The translations under genes were made by a program, and so were the position numbers. A stretch of 64,000 bases of DNA from Epiperipatus broadwayi (taxonomy: Eukaryota; Animalia; Onychophora). Below the pieces are notes generated by a model that did no database searches, had not been told where the DNA came from, and saw only the letters and a list, made by a program, of their open reading frames with translations. Below, in pieces: positions 25,907-38,562 of the stretch. Every line of letters starts with the position of its first letter. The first letter of the stretch is position 1. The stretch spans positions 11,904,001 through 11,968,000 of the forward strand of contig JAQFVV010000008.1 in assembly GCA_028023455.1 (NCBI GenBank). Reading direction: 5' to 3'.

Positions 25907-27090
25907 TGTAACCCTCACATCTGAGTTTACAGGTATTGCTTTAATGCGAATATTTTTTTGTTATTACGTATAACAAAATATTAAAAGTCATGTATAAAGA
26001 ATACATTTTAAAGTGGTTTTAAAATGTTATAAAGTAAGTGTAAAGATAAAAGATATTATTATTTAAAAAATAATATGATTTTAAATAAAAGAAACATTGC
26101 TATAGAAAACAGTCCTAAATGACTAGGGGGGGAAATAAAAATAACTTTGCTATGAGAACCAATAGAAGCTATCAAAACTCATCTGCTTTCCAACAAATCA
26201 TGGGATGAATTGTAACACATTTTGTCAATGTAACTTGTACTAGATAGAAGTTAAAAAAATTTTTTAAAGGATTTTTTAGTTTCTTTCATGTTTTTTTTTG
26301 TGGAGAGAATTTTTGGGGGGTTTTCCTTTTTTTTCTTTTTATGTTTGTATATTAAAATATAGGTAAAAATATGGTTATAAAATTAATTTGGTTTTTCTTT
26401 TCTTCTTTTTCTTTTTAATTTTTATAAGAAATTTTTTATTTTTATTTTTATAAAAGAAAAATAATACTTTTCATAAGATTTTTATTTAAAAGAAAATTTC
26501 TATAATAATATTTCTCTTTTTAAAAATCTTAAAAAGATACTTTCGAAAGAATATTTTGGAAGAATTTAATGAAAAAAAAAAAAAAAAAAAAAATTTAAAA
26601 GTCCCACAAAAAATAAAAATTAATAAATAATGGGAAATTTTCCTATTTTTATGTAAAAAAAATATATATATATTTTTCCATAGATAGTAAGTTAAAAAAA
26701 TTTTTCTTTTTTCATATTATAAATTAATTTTATTTTTTTTTATTTATAAATATAAAAAAAATAAATGTTGTTTTTAATAAATTAATTTTTTTTTTTTTTT
26801 AATTTAAACCAAAACAAATATTTTTTTTTTTTATTTTATAAATAAAAGATAGGGGGGGGGGGGGGAAATGAAAAAGTAATTGAATGTGTAGGGAAACTTG
26901 TTTTTTTGCATGTTCAATTTGATCATTGCTCGTGACTATTATCAATTTATCAATTAAAAATAAATTGTATGCAGTCACTCCACCATGTGCACGGTCACCC
27001 ATTAGTTTTAAATTCTCTTAGGCAAAAATTAATTTGCAAATATTTTTTTTTTCATTTTACTGTCAACTGGATTATTAACAATTGTTAAAA
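25907..27090 (+). repeat. Direct repeat, copy 2; central part degraded to low complexity
   Basis: Homologous to 21923-23192. About 26270-26860 has lost most C/G and gained homopolymers. Confidence 0.8.
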
Positions 27091-27099
27091 GGAGAAGTT

Positions 27100-29300
27100 A
27101 TCATTACAATAGGAATCCTATGGAAGTCTTTGAAAATAGTATAAGTGTGAATAAACTGATGTGAAATTATTATTTTGTTTGACCAGAATAATACTTTTCA
27201 AATTGCTTATGTGATCCTCAGTATCCAAAATTGTCAAATGACCACATTATTACTGCATTTTCATGGCATGTCACTGATTTATATTTTTGCAAAAAATACC
27301 AAGTCAAGGGGAAGAGAGTTATTGATTATGACATAATCCTATTTGACATGACTAAAACATGACTGTGGTGATTTTTTTGAAGGTAACATGTTTGGGACAA
27401 ATTTATTTGACCTGTTATCTGGCAACAATTAATATCAAATTTTGAATTCATATACAAGGATTCATCAGAAAAGACATGTTTTGTGAAACTGTGCTAGATC
27501 ATGTGCATAAGTTTGAAAATCTCAAACCACTTTCTGTCATCAGTAATCCCTTCATTTTTCAGAAAATATTTACAATGGATGAAACAGAAAACAGAATTTG
27601 TTATTGCTTTTGTTAATTGACCCACATAACAGCAATACTAATCATTTGAAATCTATACAATTGCAAATGAAAAATTCACATGGTTAATCAGCATTAAGAA
27701 TTGCAGAACTGAAAGTGATCAGGCATATCACATGATGTTAAAAATTTTGTATCCTTGACAAATAGAGGGTCATAAATCTTCTTAATGACAAAGGATATAT
27801 GGTACCACATAATATTTCAAAGTAGAGTAACATCTAAGATTGAAAAATCACTATTTTGAGAATCCAATGTATCAGTTTAAATATTCTGATTTATGGGTTA
27901 TCTGATCAAAAAAATCATGAACTGTAGATGAAATGAATATTAAATTGCCAAAGTTATTTGAATCCATATTTAATACAGTATTGTTACCATATGTTAAAAT
28001 GATTTATCATTAATAACAGATAAACTGAAAAAATTATTTTATGCACAGAATGAAAGAAAAGGATATAGTGAAAAAAGAAATGTTGAATTCATTAAAGAAA
28101 AAAAGTAGGCAATATTACCATTTTGATTTGAACATAAATAAATAAATTCATCATGCTGGTATCCTTTTGAGAGGATTTAAAAAATAGTTAATCTTTTCGT
28201 TAGTGTGATACAAAACATGTTGATATTCTTTACTCATTATTGATAATTGCTATATCACTGCTACTTAGACAAGCAGGTTACAAATTAGTAATAATTTCAA
28301 AAATGGATTAGGTAAGATTAGCCTCATAGTCAGTATTCCATGGATGTTATGAAATAAATGATAAATCTATTTTCAACAGCTAAAAAGTTATTCTTATGGA
28401 TACTGAATTGTTATCCAAATGATTGAATTAACATTTTCAAAATTAATCCATGGTATTAACAAGTAATTACTTGGGAATAACATGCACTATTTCAAGTTAA
28501 TGAACATATGAAGATTTATGTTAAAAAATGTGATGTGTTAAAAAAAGGCATGGCCTCTACTGAAGTCGTTTATGACTACTTACTGTCCTGATTTGAGTGT
28601 CTTTGCAATTACCTTTAAGACAATGTTAAGAAAAGCAGACATATCAAATGCCTATGAAGCAAATTTTATTATTGCATGACTTAAACACAATATTCTGTAG
28701 ATATAAAAAGTGCTAATGAATAAACATCTAAGAAAAGCCTTTTTCTCATGCTGTCAGCAACTGATCAGGTCACCAAAAAAATAAATCTCATCTACAACTG
28801 CAATAGTGATATGGCCTCAGTAAAGGAATAAATTAAGAATATTGCAATGATTTTTGAAGAGAACTTCAAGTTTCTGAAATCAAGTATCTTATATATAGCT
28901 GTACCAAAACTATGAGAAGCTGAAATTAAGCAGATGAACCTCAAAAATCTGAAGTTGAGCAAACAACTGCAAATTGTAGAACAAAATGCATCAAGTATAC
29001 TAGAGCAGTCACATAAAAGAAAATTAATCTGCCAATCCATATGAAGAATTTTATATATTCATCAATAAAAGAAGTAACACATATTGAACTATTATCTATT
29101 CTTTGAAATAAAGGGAAATATACTATGATCTTACTGAATTATATGGATATAGTAATTATCAGATGAACATGTTTATGGATAAATAAAATATTTGCAATAA
29201 TTAATGAATTAAAGCTATATTTTTATAATAAAAGTATATGCCAGCATAACATGTGCTTAATCTGAATAATATCTAATAAGTGATCTTAACTTTCAGTCAG
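27100..29300 (+). pseudogene. Degenerate transposase-like coding remnant (possibly Academ-like)
   Basis: Broken, protein-like plus-strand frames (AKNTKSRGRELLI; LRIAELKVIRHIT*C*KFC; YLGITCTIS) continue from the TAACCCT-starting repeat. The family assignment is only a weak motif impression. Confidence 0.25.
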
Positions 29301-30126
29301 ATAATCAGAGAGCAGTAATGGATTGGAAAACAAATCACCATTGAAAACAAGTGATTATAAAACAATCACAACTATCATTGCAAGATGAAAACAAAATTAC
29401 AGAAGTGAAATGAACATCACATGCCACATAAAGTTTATTATTAATTGTGTAAGCCTTTAAGCTGATTTGTATTAAATAGCTCCTTAACAATATATAAATA
29501 TATTTGTCTTAGGTATGTTTGCTGAAAATATTCCAATTTTGTGCATTCTCTAAATTAAATAAGTATATTTCATTGAATGAAGTCTCAAATATTTATCACT
29601 ATAGAAAATTGCCATCACTAGCCATTATCAATCAATCCACTACAAAATGAAGTTTTTCAAATCCATGATTTTTTTTTTATATCATTCCAGCAAACTTTTT
29701 TTCATCTAAGTCTTTTACAGTTTCTTGAGATCCAGTGTGTGTCTTTGAATGACTCTTTTTTCATCTCCTCAAACAATGTTCAACCCAACTCCATTGTAGC
29801 CATTTACTTATTTCATTGATATTGATGGTAGTTGTTTATTTATTCAGCTATGTTTTTTCATTGGATGCCTATTTGCAATTCATAGCATAGTGTCTCTGCA
29901 TTTTTTTATTATTTGTCTAAGCTTCAAATCCATAAGTAAATATTGATAAAACACTTTTTTTTTAAAGCAAATTAGGCATGTTTCCCTTTATGATTATGTT
30001 GTGTTTGGCTTGATTTACAGGTTTGGTTCCAAACCAACAGAAAAAGTAATGACAAACTACTCAACAATTAATTTGTATAATTTATTAGTTACAAAATACA
30101 TACGTTAGTTAATCAATAATATAAAT

Positions 30127-30690
30127 TGCTATGTTTGAGCTCAGATTTGATCATTACAATCTGGTCACTTATTACATACCCAAACTAGCATATAAAAATT
30201 AATGAAATGAAACTCTCAACAGCACAGTATGGTTAAATTAGTTTAATAAAAGATTAAAACATGACAGTAAGCAATTATCTACAAGAAATTGTTGTAAACT
30301 GATTATACTAAAAGATACCCAAGTATTTTTACCATTCATTGATTTATGCTCTAAGGTGTACTGACAAATATAAAAAAAATGGGTTGGCCTTTATGTTTGC
30401 CTAGATTCCTCTTTTACACCTTCAGAGGAGATTAACTGGATACAAAGGCCAGTCAAGGTCCTCCTGTCTGTCTTGAGTTTACATGATGATTCTTTTTATA
30501 TGCAGTTCCCCTTCCAGACTGTGAGCATTCGGATCCAGGGGACATCCTCCCCTATGTCATTGGACATTTGTTATCTATCCCTATGCTTATTGATCTTTAG
30601 TGATACATGCTCAATTCAGTTTGAATCAGCTTGGGATCTGGGAAAGACTATAAATTTGTGTGAGTGTATATTTTTGTGCAGCACACAGCA
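30127..30690 (-). mobile_element. 3' LTR of the Gypsy element
   Basis: TGCTATGTTTGAGC...GCACACAGCA, colinear with 37977-38531. Confidence 0.9.
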
Positions 30691-30708
30691 CTATCCCCCC
30701 CCCTACTT
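30691..30708 (-). promoter_or_regulatory. Polypurine tract
   Basis: Minus strand AGTAG-G run-ATAG directly abuts the 3' LTR. Confidence 0.85.
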
Positions 30709-31064
30709 TTGAGATATGCACACTTCTCTGGAGTCACATATATAGTCCTGTAGAATATGCAGGTGGATGATATTTACAGTGAAGTCTGTTTTCCTCCTGT
30801 ACATCAGTTGCATTTTTTTAGAAAACTGTATCCTAGCTTCATCTGAAACTTCTGTTGCTTCAGTCCCTAATTTCCTATGAGTGTTGTCTGTGCTGTCTTT
30901 ATTAACTAAGCTATGATTCTCAAGTAGATCTCCATCTCAAGTTTCCATATTATAATTGAAGTTTACTTCTGTCTAGTTTTTCTGGACTTGGTTTATGTGC
31001 TCCTGGAAGAATACCCCTGAGGTGGTTTTATTTCAACTATTTGGTCGGAAACAATCCTAGTTAT

Positions 31065-33108
31065 TCAACCTTCTATCCATGTCTTGCGTAGTATGTCATG
31101 TACCCCTATGTTTTCCCCAGAAAAATACATATTTTTCTTGTTTGTTACTAGTTTTCCATGATCTGGCATCAGAATGGACAATTTGTTGCATTGTTTTCTG
31201 CCCACCAATATTTCCACAGGTGATTTTCCAGTGGATGTGGTAGGCATGATATGTTGGTGCAGCAATGCAATGTTTAGTGCATCAGCCAGGTTTGTGTTGT
31301 TTAATCTTTTTAATTCCAGTTTCAAATGCTGGACCACCTTTTCCACAATCCCATTGGATTCTGGGTGGCATGGAGGAGAATGAATGTGATTTATTCCCCA
31401 TTCTTGTAAAAATGAATCAAACTCATCAGAAACAAATCCAATCCCATTTTCCGAAGCCAAAAGTTCTGGTGACCTGTGGTATGAAAATATTTTGCTTAAA
31501 ATATGAATGGGTTATGCTGAACTAGTATTTCTGGCCAGCTTGTATTCCACCCATCTGAAAGTGGCATCTACCAACACAAAAATTAGTTTTCCATTTATTG
31601 GCCTTGCATGGTCTACATGCACTCAGCTCCAAGGTTTATCTGTTTTGGGCCACGATGTGAATTTCTTTAGAGGTGTGTTTACAGTTGATTTGCGAGGTTT
31701 ACATTTTCTGATAAAATTTTTATCTCCATATGCACATCTGGCCAATACACATAACTACAGGCTAATGCTTTTGCTCGAACTACCCCTCAATACCTCGATG
31801 TAATATTTCTAATATTTTAGAATATTCAACGGGGAGAACCAATACTTTATCGCCCATCACTATGCATCCCTTTGATGTTGATAGTTGTTGATGCATTCTT
31901 CATAAAGACTTATGTATGCAGTGGGGGCATTTACTGGGACACCCTTTCTTAATTCACTTGTGAGCATTTGATATCCTGCTGTTTCTTGAGTCCATCTGGC
32001 AAAAATTTTGCTGTTTATAGTTTCCAGCCTCCAATGATCCAAATAATTTATATCAACTTACAGTGACTGTTTTCTCCATTATATCCAGTACTCATGATAG
32101 AGTGTCTGCATGCTTAATTTGACTGCCTTTCTGATATACTAATTTGTAGTCATATGAAGACAATAAATTTTCCCAGCAAGTCATCCACAAGCTCAAGTGG
32201 TCAGGAGCAGCTTTTTTATTGGTGAATATCCCCAATAATGAGTGGTGGTCTGTTATTATTTTAACTGATTGGCTGTAAATATATTGGTAGAATTTGCGAA
32301 CTGCTGACATGATAGTCAACGCCTCTTTGTCTAGTTGTCTATAATTTTTTTGGCTCAGGATAACATTCCGGATTTGTACACTATTGGTTATTCACTATTC
32401 TGTCATGGATACCACTCCAATTCTGTATTCAGATGCGTCAGTTGTTAACATTACATCAAGTTTATTGTTGTAATGCACTAACAAGTGGTTTAACATAAGC
32501 AAAGCTTTTGTTTTCTGAAAAGTGCTCTCTTGCAGCTCTTTCTACCACCATTGCTGATTTTTTCGAAACAGTTTGTATAAAGCAGTGGCTATGTGTGCTT
32601 TTCACTTTGGATTCTAGTTTTCAAAAAAATTAACCAATCCCAAACAGGCCTGAAGTTCTTTGACATTTTTGGGGACCGGTGCATTCATGATAGCTTTAAT
32701 TTTCCCAGGATCAGGTCTAATTCCTGTGCCTGAAATGATATGTCCTAAAAACTTTGTTTCTTTTTTTTCATGTGTCATAGCATCAGCCAGGAAGCGAACC
32801 TGCTAACCTGACAACTGCTTCTAAGGCAGCTGTGCTGACCTCTCGACCACCAATGCTTGACAAAACTTTATTTCTTTAGCACTCCAAATTCACTTTTGCA
32901 TGTTTAGTATTGCTCCAAATTTTTCTAGGTGTTGCAAACTTTTTCTAATTTATTTAGTAATGCTGCTTTGGAGTTAGCTATTACTCGAATATCATCAAAA
33001 TATGGCATTGTTGCTTCCGATCCTTTCAACACCATGTCTATTTTAGCTTGAAATGCATTTGGGGCGATTTTTACACTGAAAGATAGACAATTATAACTAT
33101 ACAATCCT
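31065..33108 (-). pseudogene. Gypsy pol, 3' part (RT C-terminal half, RNase H, integrase)
   Basis: YFDD at 32991-33002; LTTDASEY (RNase H); IITDHHSLLGIF; integrase GIGFVSDEF and HSPPCHPESNGIVEK. Many stops and frameshifts. Confidence 0.88.
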
Positions 33109-33249
33109 ATAATTTAATACGAATGCTATAAACACGTAAACAAAAAACTAATATTTAATGTCTTATTAAACCATAGGCTGAGTGCTTTTGAGAGTCATGG
33201 CTCTCATAATCATAGCTCTTTGTGAAGTAACTGATTGTCTAATGTTATG

Positions 33250-34540
33250 CAAATCTATGCAAAGTTCAAGTATTCCCTTTCCTGAATATAGAATAACATG
33301 TTTCCTTTCTGTTGATGGTGTTCCTGTCTATTGCAATAAAGCGGGCCTCTTATATATTTCTTCTCAAATTGTTTCCCTCTCTGCAGACTAAGCTGATTAT
33401 TTGTGGTTCACATGGATGTCCTGCAAACTTTTGGTACTCTGGGAAAATGGAATTGTGTGCTGGATCAGATTTGCCTTAGTGTACAAATATTTATGTTGAG
33501 ATAACTAGTTTCCAGTTCTGCTTGGGTTTCCCCATAGTATGAGACTTTACAATTTTTGTCACAGCATGAGATATTGTAGACTGCTTGCAGAGTTTGAGCG
33601 AGAGTTAATCGGTCTTTTGTGTTATTGATAAATCTGTTGGAACTATGAGGAGTGTGGAAGCACAACTGAAAGCTTTTATTGAAAATTGAACAAAAAATTT
33701 TATGCATGTTCAGTATGTATGGCAATAATAGCCTGTGTCTATCTATGTTAAGTGTGTTATTGATCATTTTGTTTTGAAACCGTATGATCTTACTGTTGAA
33801 ACCTATATTTAATAAATCCTCTCTATAGGCTGCAAATTTTTTTTATTATTATCTGCTTCAAACTTGCACAATTGCTGGTTTCTGTGGAGGAAAGATGTAA
33901 GACCTGCTAATTTCTGGTTGATGGGTATGTTAGAATTGGGTTGGATGTGATCTCTTATTTCAAATGGTTTGATCATCAACTTACAATTCAGGTATGTGTT
34001 TTCACATTGTACTTGTAGATCCAGATATTTCACTTGTTTGTTAGTGTCTTCCCATTCAATGTTTAATGTTAAAATGATTTCATTGATGACTTCTTCCTTA
34101 GAAGCCACAAACAAATCTTCTACATAGCTGGTATGAATTTTGCATTGTGTAGTATTCTCATAATTAGGCAAAACATGCTCTTTATGATGGTTTAGTACAA
34201 TGCTGGCAATGATTTTGCTAATTGATAGGCCCACTGTCCATCTGTCTTTCATGTGGTACCACTGTCCATTAAATGTTGCTATCATGTTTTTGTCAAGGCA
34301 ATTCAGAAACTCAACTAAGAAAGCAATCTGCACCTGTTCTATATTCCTATGCAACAGTTCTTCTTTAATAATTTCGATGGAAATTTTGCTCTGTCAATGG
34401 ATCCATACAGTTCACTTATGTCTATAGATGCCAGCCTTGTGTCTGAGCTCAATTCTATATCTTTTGATTCTTGAGACAAAATCTAATGATTTTATCGCAT
34501 ATTTACCAAAACCTAAAGTTTTAATTAACCATATGTTTAC
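33250..34540 (-). pseudogene. PLE RT plus GIY-YIG endonuclease, left arm
   Basis: ORFs 33809-34354 (ATFNGQWYHMKDRW.VGLSISKI, YVEDLFV) and 33465-33767 (AVYNISCCDKNCKVSYYGET). Confidence 0.85.
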
Positions 34541-34557
34541 TAGCATGGGGCAATCTT

Positions 34558-36110
34558 GTAAACAGATGGTTAATTAAAACTTTAGACTTTGGTAAATATG
34601 CAATAAAATCATTGTTTGATGGTTAATTAAAACTTTAGGCTTTGGTTAATATGCGATAAAATCATCATTTAATTTTGTCTCAAGAATCAAAGATATAGAA
34701 TTGAGCCCAGACATATGGTTAATTGAAACTTTAGACTTTGGTAAATATGCAATAAAATTATCATTTGATGGTTAATTAAAACTTTAGGTCTTGGTGAATA
34801 TGCGATAAAATCATCGTTTGATTTTGTCTCAAGAATCAAAGATATAGAATTGAGCCCAGACACAAGGCTGGCATCTATAGATATAAGTGAACTGTATGGA
34901 TCCATCGATAGAGCAAAATCCATGGAAATTTTTAAAGAAGAACTGTCACACGGGAACATAGAACTTGCATGGATTGCTTTCATAGTTGAGTTTTTGAATT
35001 GGCTTGACAAGAACATAATGGCAACATTTAATGAACAATGATACCACATGAAAGAGAGATGGCTAATGGGCTTACCAATTAGTAGAATCATTATCAGCAT
35101 TGTGCTAAAACATCATGAAGAGCATGTTTTGCTAATTTATGAGAATACTATGCAATTCAAAATTTATACCAGATATGTAGATGATTTGTTTGTGGCTGCT
35201 AAGGCACAAGTCATCAATGAAATCAAAAACGAATTAGAAAACTGGTCACTTTTAACCTTAAACATTGAATGGGAAGACACTAACAAACAAGTGAAATATC
35301 TGGATATACAAATACAATGTGAAAACACATACCTGGATGATAAGATAATGATCAAACTATACAAAGTACTAGGTCATATCCAACCTAATTCTAACACACC
35401 GATCAACCAGAAATTAGCATATCTTACATTTCTTATCCACAGAAACCAGCAATTGTGCAAGTTCGAAGCAGATAAAAAATAAAATTGAGCAGTGTATAGA
35501 GGGGATTTATTAAATATAGATTTTAAACAGGGCATCATCAACAGGAAGATCATATGGTTTCAAAACAAAATGACCAATAACACACTTAACATAGATAGCC
35601 ACAGACTATTATTGCCATACATATCGAACATGCATAAAAATTTTTGTTAAAATTTCATTAGAAGCTTTCAGTTATGCTTTCACACCCTTCCTAGTTCCAA
35701 CAGACTAATCAATGACACAAACGACCAATTAACTCTCGCTCAAACTCTACAAGCGGTCTACAATATCTCATGCCCTGACAAAATTTGTAAATCGTCGTAC
35801 TATGGGGAAATCAAAGCAACACTGGAAACTAGGTTATCTCAACATAAATATTAGTACACTAAGGCACAATCTGATCCAACACACAATTCTATTTTCACAC
35901 AGCACTAAAAGCTTGCAGGACATTCATGCGAACTGCAAATAATCAGCTTAGTCTGCAGGAGGGTAACGATTTGAGAAAAAAAAGATAAAAGAGGCCTGCT
36001 TTATTGCAATAGACAGAAATGCCATCAACAGAAAGGAAACATGTTATTCTATATCCAGGAAATAGAATATTTGAATTTTGCATAGATTTGCATAACATTA
36101 GACAATCAGT
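34558..36110 (+). pseudogene. PLE RT plus GIY-YIG endonuclease, right arm
   Basis: ASIDISELYGSI, MGLPIS, YTRYVDDLFV, VKYLD; VYNISCPDKIC..YYGE; C-terminal EACFIAIDRNAINRKE. Confidence 0.88.
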
Positions 36111-36122
36111 TACTTCACAAAG

Positions 36123-36161
36123 AGCTATGATTATGAGAGCCAGGTCTCTCAACACTCAGCC
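36123..36161 (+). ncRNA. Hammerhead-like motif (A3-U8 variant) at the PLE 3' end; mirrored at 33176-33217 (minus)
   Basis: Left arm on the minus strand: GCT-ATGATTA-T-GAGAG-CCATGA-CTCTC-AAAA-GCAC-TC-AGC. The expected GAAA reads AAAA or AACA, consistent with CpG decay. Confidence 0.45.
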
Positions 36162-36279
36162 TATGGTTTAATAAGACATTAAATGTTAGCTTTGTGTTTA
36201 TGCATTTATAGCACTAGTATTGAATTACAGAATATTAACCAAATACATAAAGTTTAAAATTAAGTTTGTATATAATCCT

Positions 36280-37000
36280 TTGTGAGTTGTTATAGTTAGA
36301 AGCGCCACAGTTTCCTTTGTCAGCGGGATCTGATGAGATGTGGCATTCAAGTCCAGTTTTGCAAAGTAGTTCACTCCTTTCAATCCTGCTTAGTATTTCT
36401 CTAACATTTGGAACTAGGTATGTGCTTTTTACAATATTTTGTTTATAGTCAGGATTTATCCATTTTGTTTTGTTATGACAACTATTGGAGTAACCCATTC
36501 TGCACCTTTGACCGGAGTCAATACACCTTTCTTTACCATATCATCTAAAGTCTCTTCGACTCATGATTTCAGAGCAAAAGGTATCTTCCTAGGCTTGCAG
36601 TGAACTGCTTTTGTGTCTTTGCAAAGCTCTATTTCTACAGCAGTAGTATTGATTTTTCCCTACTCGTTGGTAAACAGTTTAGGGACCTTAGCCTTTATTT
36701 CTCTTTTGATGTTAAATTTTGTTTATCATGAAGATTTTAATACCTAATGGAGTAAACCATTCCCTACCCAATAGGGGCTATTGCCCTAGTCTGCATATAG
36801 ACTTAGTTCTTTCCAGGGACTGTTTATGACTACCATAACTTCTACTACCCCACCTATTTGAATAGGATTAATATTTGCTCATTTGCCTTGAGCTCTGTTT
36901 TTACTACTTTTGGTTGTTTTTTGATGTTTTTGATTAACTCAGACCAATCCCTTTGTGTTATGATAGATACTTAGGCTCCACTGTCTACATTTCTATAGAT
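36280..37000 (-). pseudogene. Gypsy protease and RT N-terminus
   Basis: VDSGA aspartic-protease motif at 36974-36985; INPDYK, YLVPNVREIL and TITTHKGLY. Confidence 0.8.
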
Positions 37001-37049
37001 TTGTTGCAAATCTCTACTGCCAACATTATTTGTTGACCACTTTTGGTTT

Positions 37050-37930
37050 TCACCTTGTTCATTTTGGTAAAACGTTCCGATTTGCTATACTCATTTTCTG
37101 ACAATTCGTATTAGACTTTGCTCTATTTTTTGTATGGCAAACTTTAGCTAAGTGCCCAATCTTCTCACATTTGTTGCATTTAATATTTTTCTAGCTGCAT
37201 TCACATGCAATGTGTCCAATTTTGCCACAGTGATAACATTCAGGTTTTGGGTTTGGTAGTTCTGCTTTGCTTGTTTAGCAGATTGAGGTTTGTTTTGGAG
37301 CCTCCGGATTAGCTTTTTGGAGCACCTTGGAGCTGCTTAGTACTAGTTTGTAGGTCATCTCTATTTTTTATGTTCTCAGGATATGTGAGATCTGGGATAG
37401 CCAATAGCTGTTAACAGAGCTTGTCATTGCTCATCCCCCATTAAAAAATTGTTCTAATGATGCTTTTTCTCGGTAATATCCATATACATAATTTTGTGCT
37501 ATATCCCATAAGGCAGTATCAAAATCTCTATAACTCCCCCCCCCACCTGGAGTCTATTATGCAAATGAAGGTGAGCAATGTGCTTTGATGGCTCTGGGCT
37601 AAAATGATTCAGCCATCTAACTAGATCCAAGTATGGTAGTCTTTCCAGCTCTTCAGGTCTGCATAACTGGTTTGCGACCTCAATTACTCCTGATCCTCTG
37701 AAAAAAAGTAATATGGGAATTTTTATCACATTAACTTTGATTTTATTAATGATAAAGTAATTTTCTAGGGGCTTTGTATATTGCAGCCACTTGAAGGACT
37801 ATTAACATCGAATTCTCTAATACCTAGCTGTGTTGTAGCTATCTTCTTTGGTGACTCACTAAGTAATTGAACCTTTCTTTCTAGGTTTTAACCCACTGTT
37901 TTTGTGCTCAAGTAGTATAATGAGAGTTTT
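37050..37930 (-). pseudogene. Gypsy gag with two CCHC zinc knuckles
   Basis: 37137-37238 on the minus strand reads CYHCGKIGHIACEC and CNKCEKIGHLAKVC. N-terminal EFDVNSPSS motif. Confidence 0.82.
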
Positions 37931-37954
37931 TACCATGCTTCATTTTCACTTCAA

Positions 37955-37969
37955 CTGCCAACTGTGCCA
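37955..37969 (-). promoter_or_regulatory. Primer-binding site, tRNA-Ser-like
   Basis: Minus strand TGGCACAGTTGGCAG, 7 nt inside the 5' LTR. Its first 12 nt differ from the TGGCGCAGTCGG-type PBS (Drosophila 17.6/297) by two CpG-type transitions. Confidence 0.65.
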
Positions 37970-37976
37970 AATAGTA

Positions 37977-38531
37977 TGCTATGTTCGAGCTCAGATTTGA
38001 TCACTACAATCTGGTCACTTATTATGTACCAAAACTAGCATATAAAAATTAATGAAATGACACTCTCAACAGCACAGTATGGTTAAATTATTTTAATAAA
38101 AAGTTAAAGCAAGTTACAGTAAACAATTATCTACAAGTAATTATTGTAAACCAATTATACTAAAAGATACACAAGTATTTTTACCATTCATCAAAATAAT
38201 AATGTAGACCTAGTTGACTTTTATGTTTGCCTAGAACCCTCTTTTACACCTTCAGTGAGGATTAACTGGGTGCAAAGGCAAGTCCAGGTTTTTCTTCTCT
38301 CTTGAGTTTACATGGGTTTTTTTAATATGCAGTTCCACTTCCAGACTGTGAGCATTCGGATCCAGTGGACATACTCACCTGTTAATCATTTATGTCATTG
38401 GAATGTTTGTTATCTATCCCTAAGTTTATTGGTCTGTAATGATACATGCTCAATCCGATTTGAATCAGCTCAGGATCTAGGCAAGTCTCTATAAATTTGT
38501 GTGCACATATATTTTCGTGCAGCACACAGCA
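37977..38531 (-). mobile_element. 5' LTR of the Gypsy element
   Basis: TGCTATGTTCGAGC...GCACACAGCA. Confidence 0.9.
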
Positions 38532-38562
38532 TAGATATTGTTTATATAACTAATGATGAAAT

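Larger units (their letters stand above)
33109..36268. mobile_element. 3.1-kb palindromic (head-to-head) Penelope-like element with 38-nt tail and 11-bp TSD, inserted in the Gypsy RT
   Basis: Left arm (minus, 33109-34540) and right arm (plus, 34558-36230) are reverse complements. TATACAATCCT at 33098-33108 and TATATAATCCT at 36269-36279 duplicate the Gypsy G-L-Y codons. Confidence 0.9.
30127..38531 (-). mobile_element. Full-length decayed Ty3/Gypsy LTR retrotransposon (Mag-like)
   Basis: Direct LTRs TGCT...AGCA, TSD TAAAT (30122-30126)/TAGAT (38532-38536), PBS, PPT, and gag-PR-RT-RNaseH-IN order on the minus strand. Confidence 0.93.

Noticed and set aside
21923-27090. LTR retrotransposon with 1.2-kb LTRs and internal gag
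   Set aside because: The repeats start TG but share no CA end; no PBS, PPT or TSD was found, and the second copy runs on into other coding-like sequence.
34565-34860. CRISPR-like array
   Set aside because: The units are adjacent duplications of PLE RT coding sequence with no unique spacers, in a eukaryotic context.
35700-36230. Selenoprotein-type (Naiad) PLE with SECIS
   Set aside because: No in-frame TGA is shared by both arms at the Cys motif, and no SECIS fold could be supported by eye.
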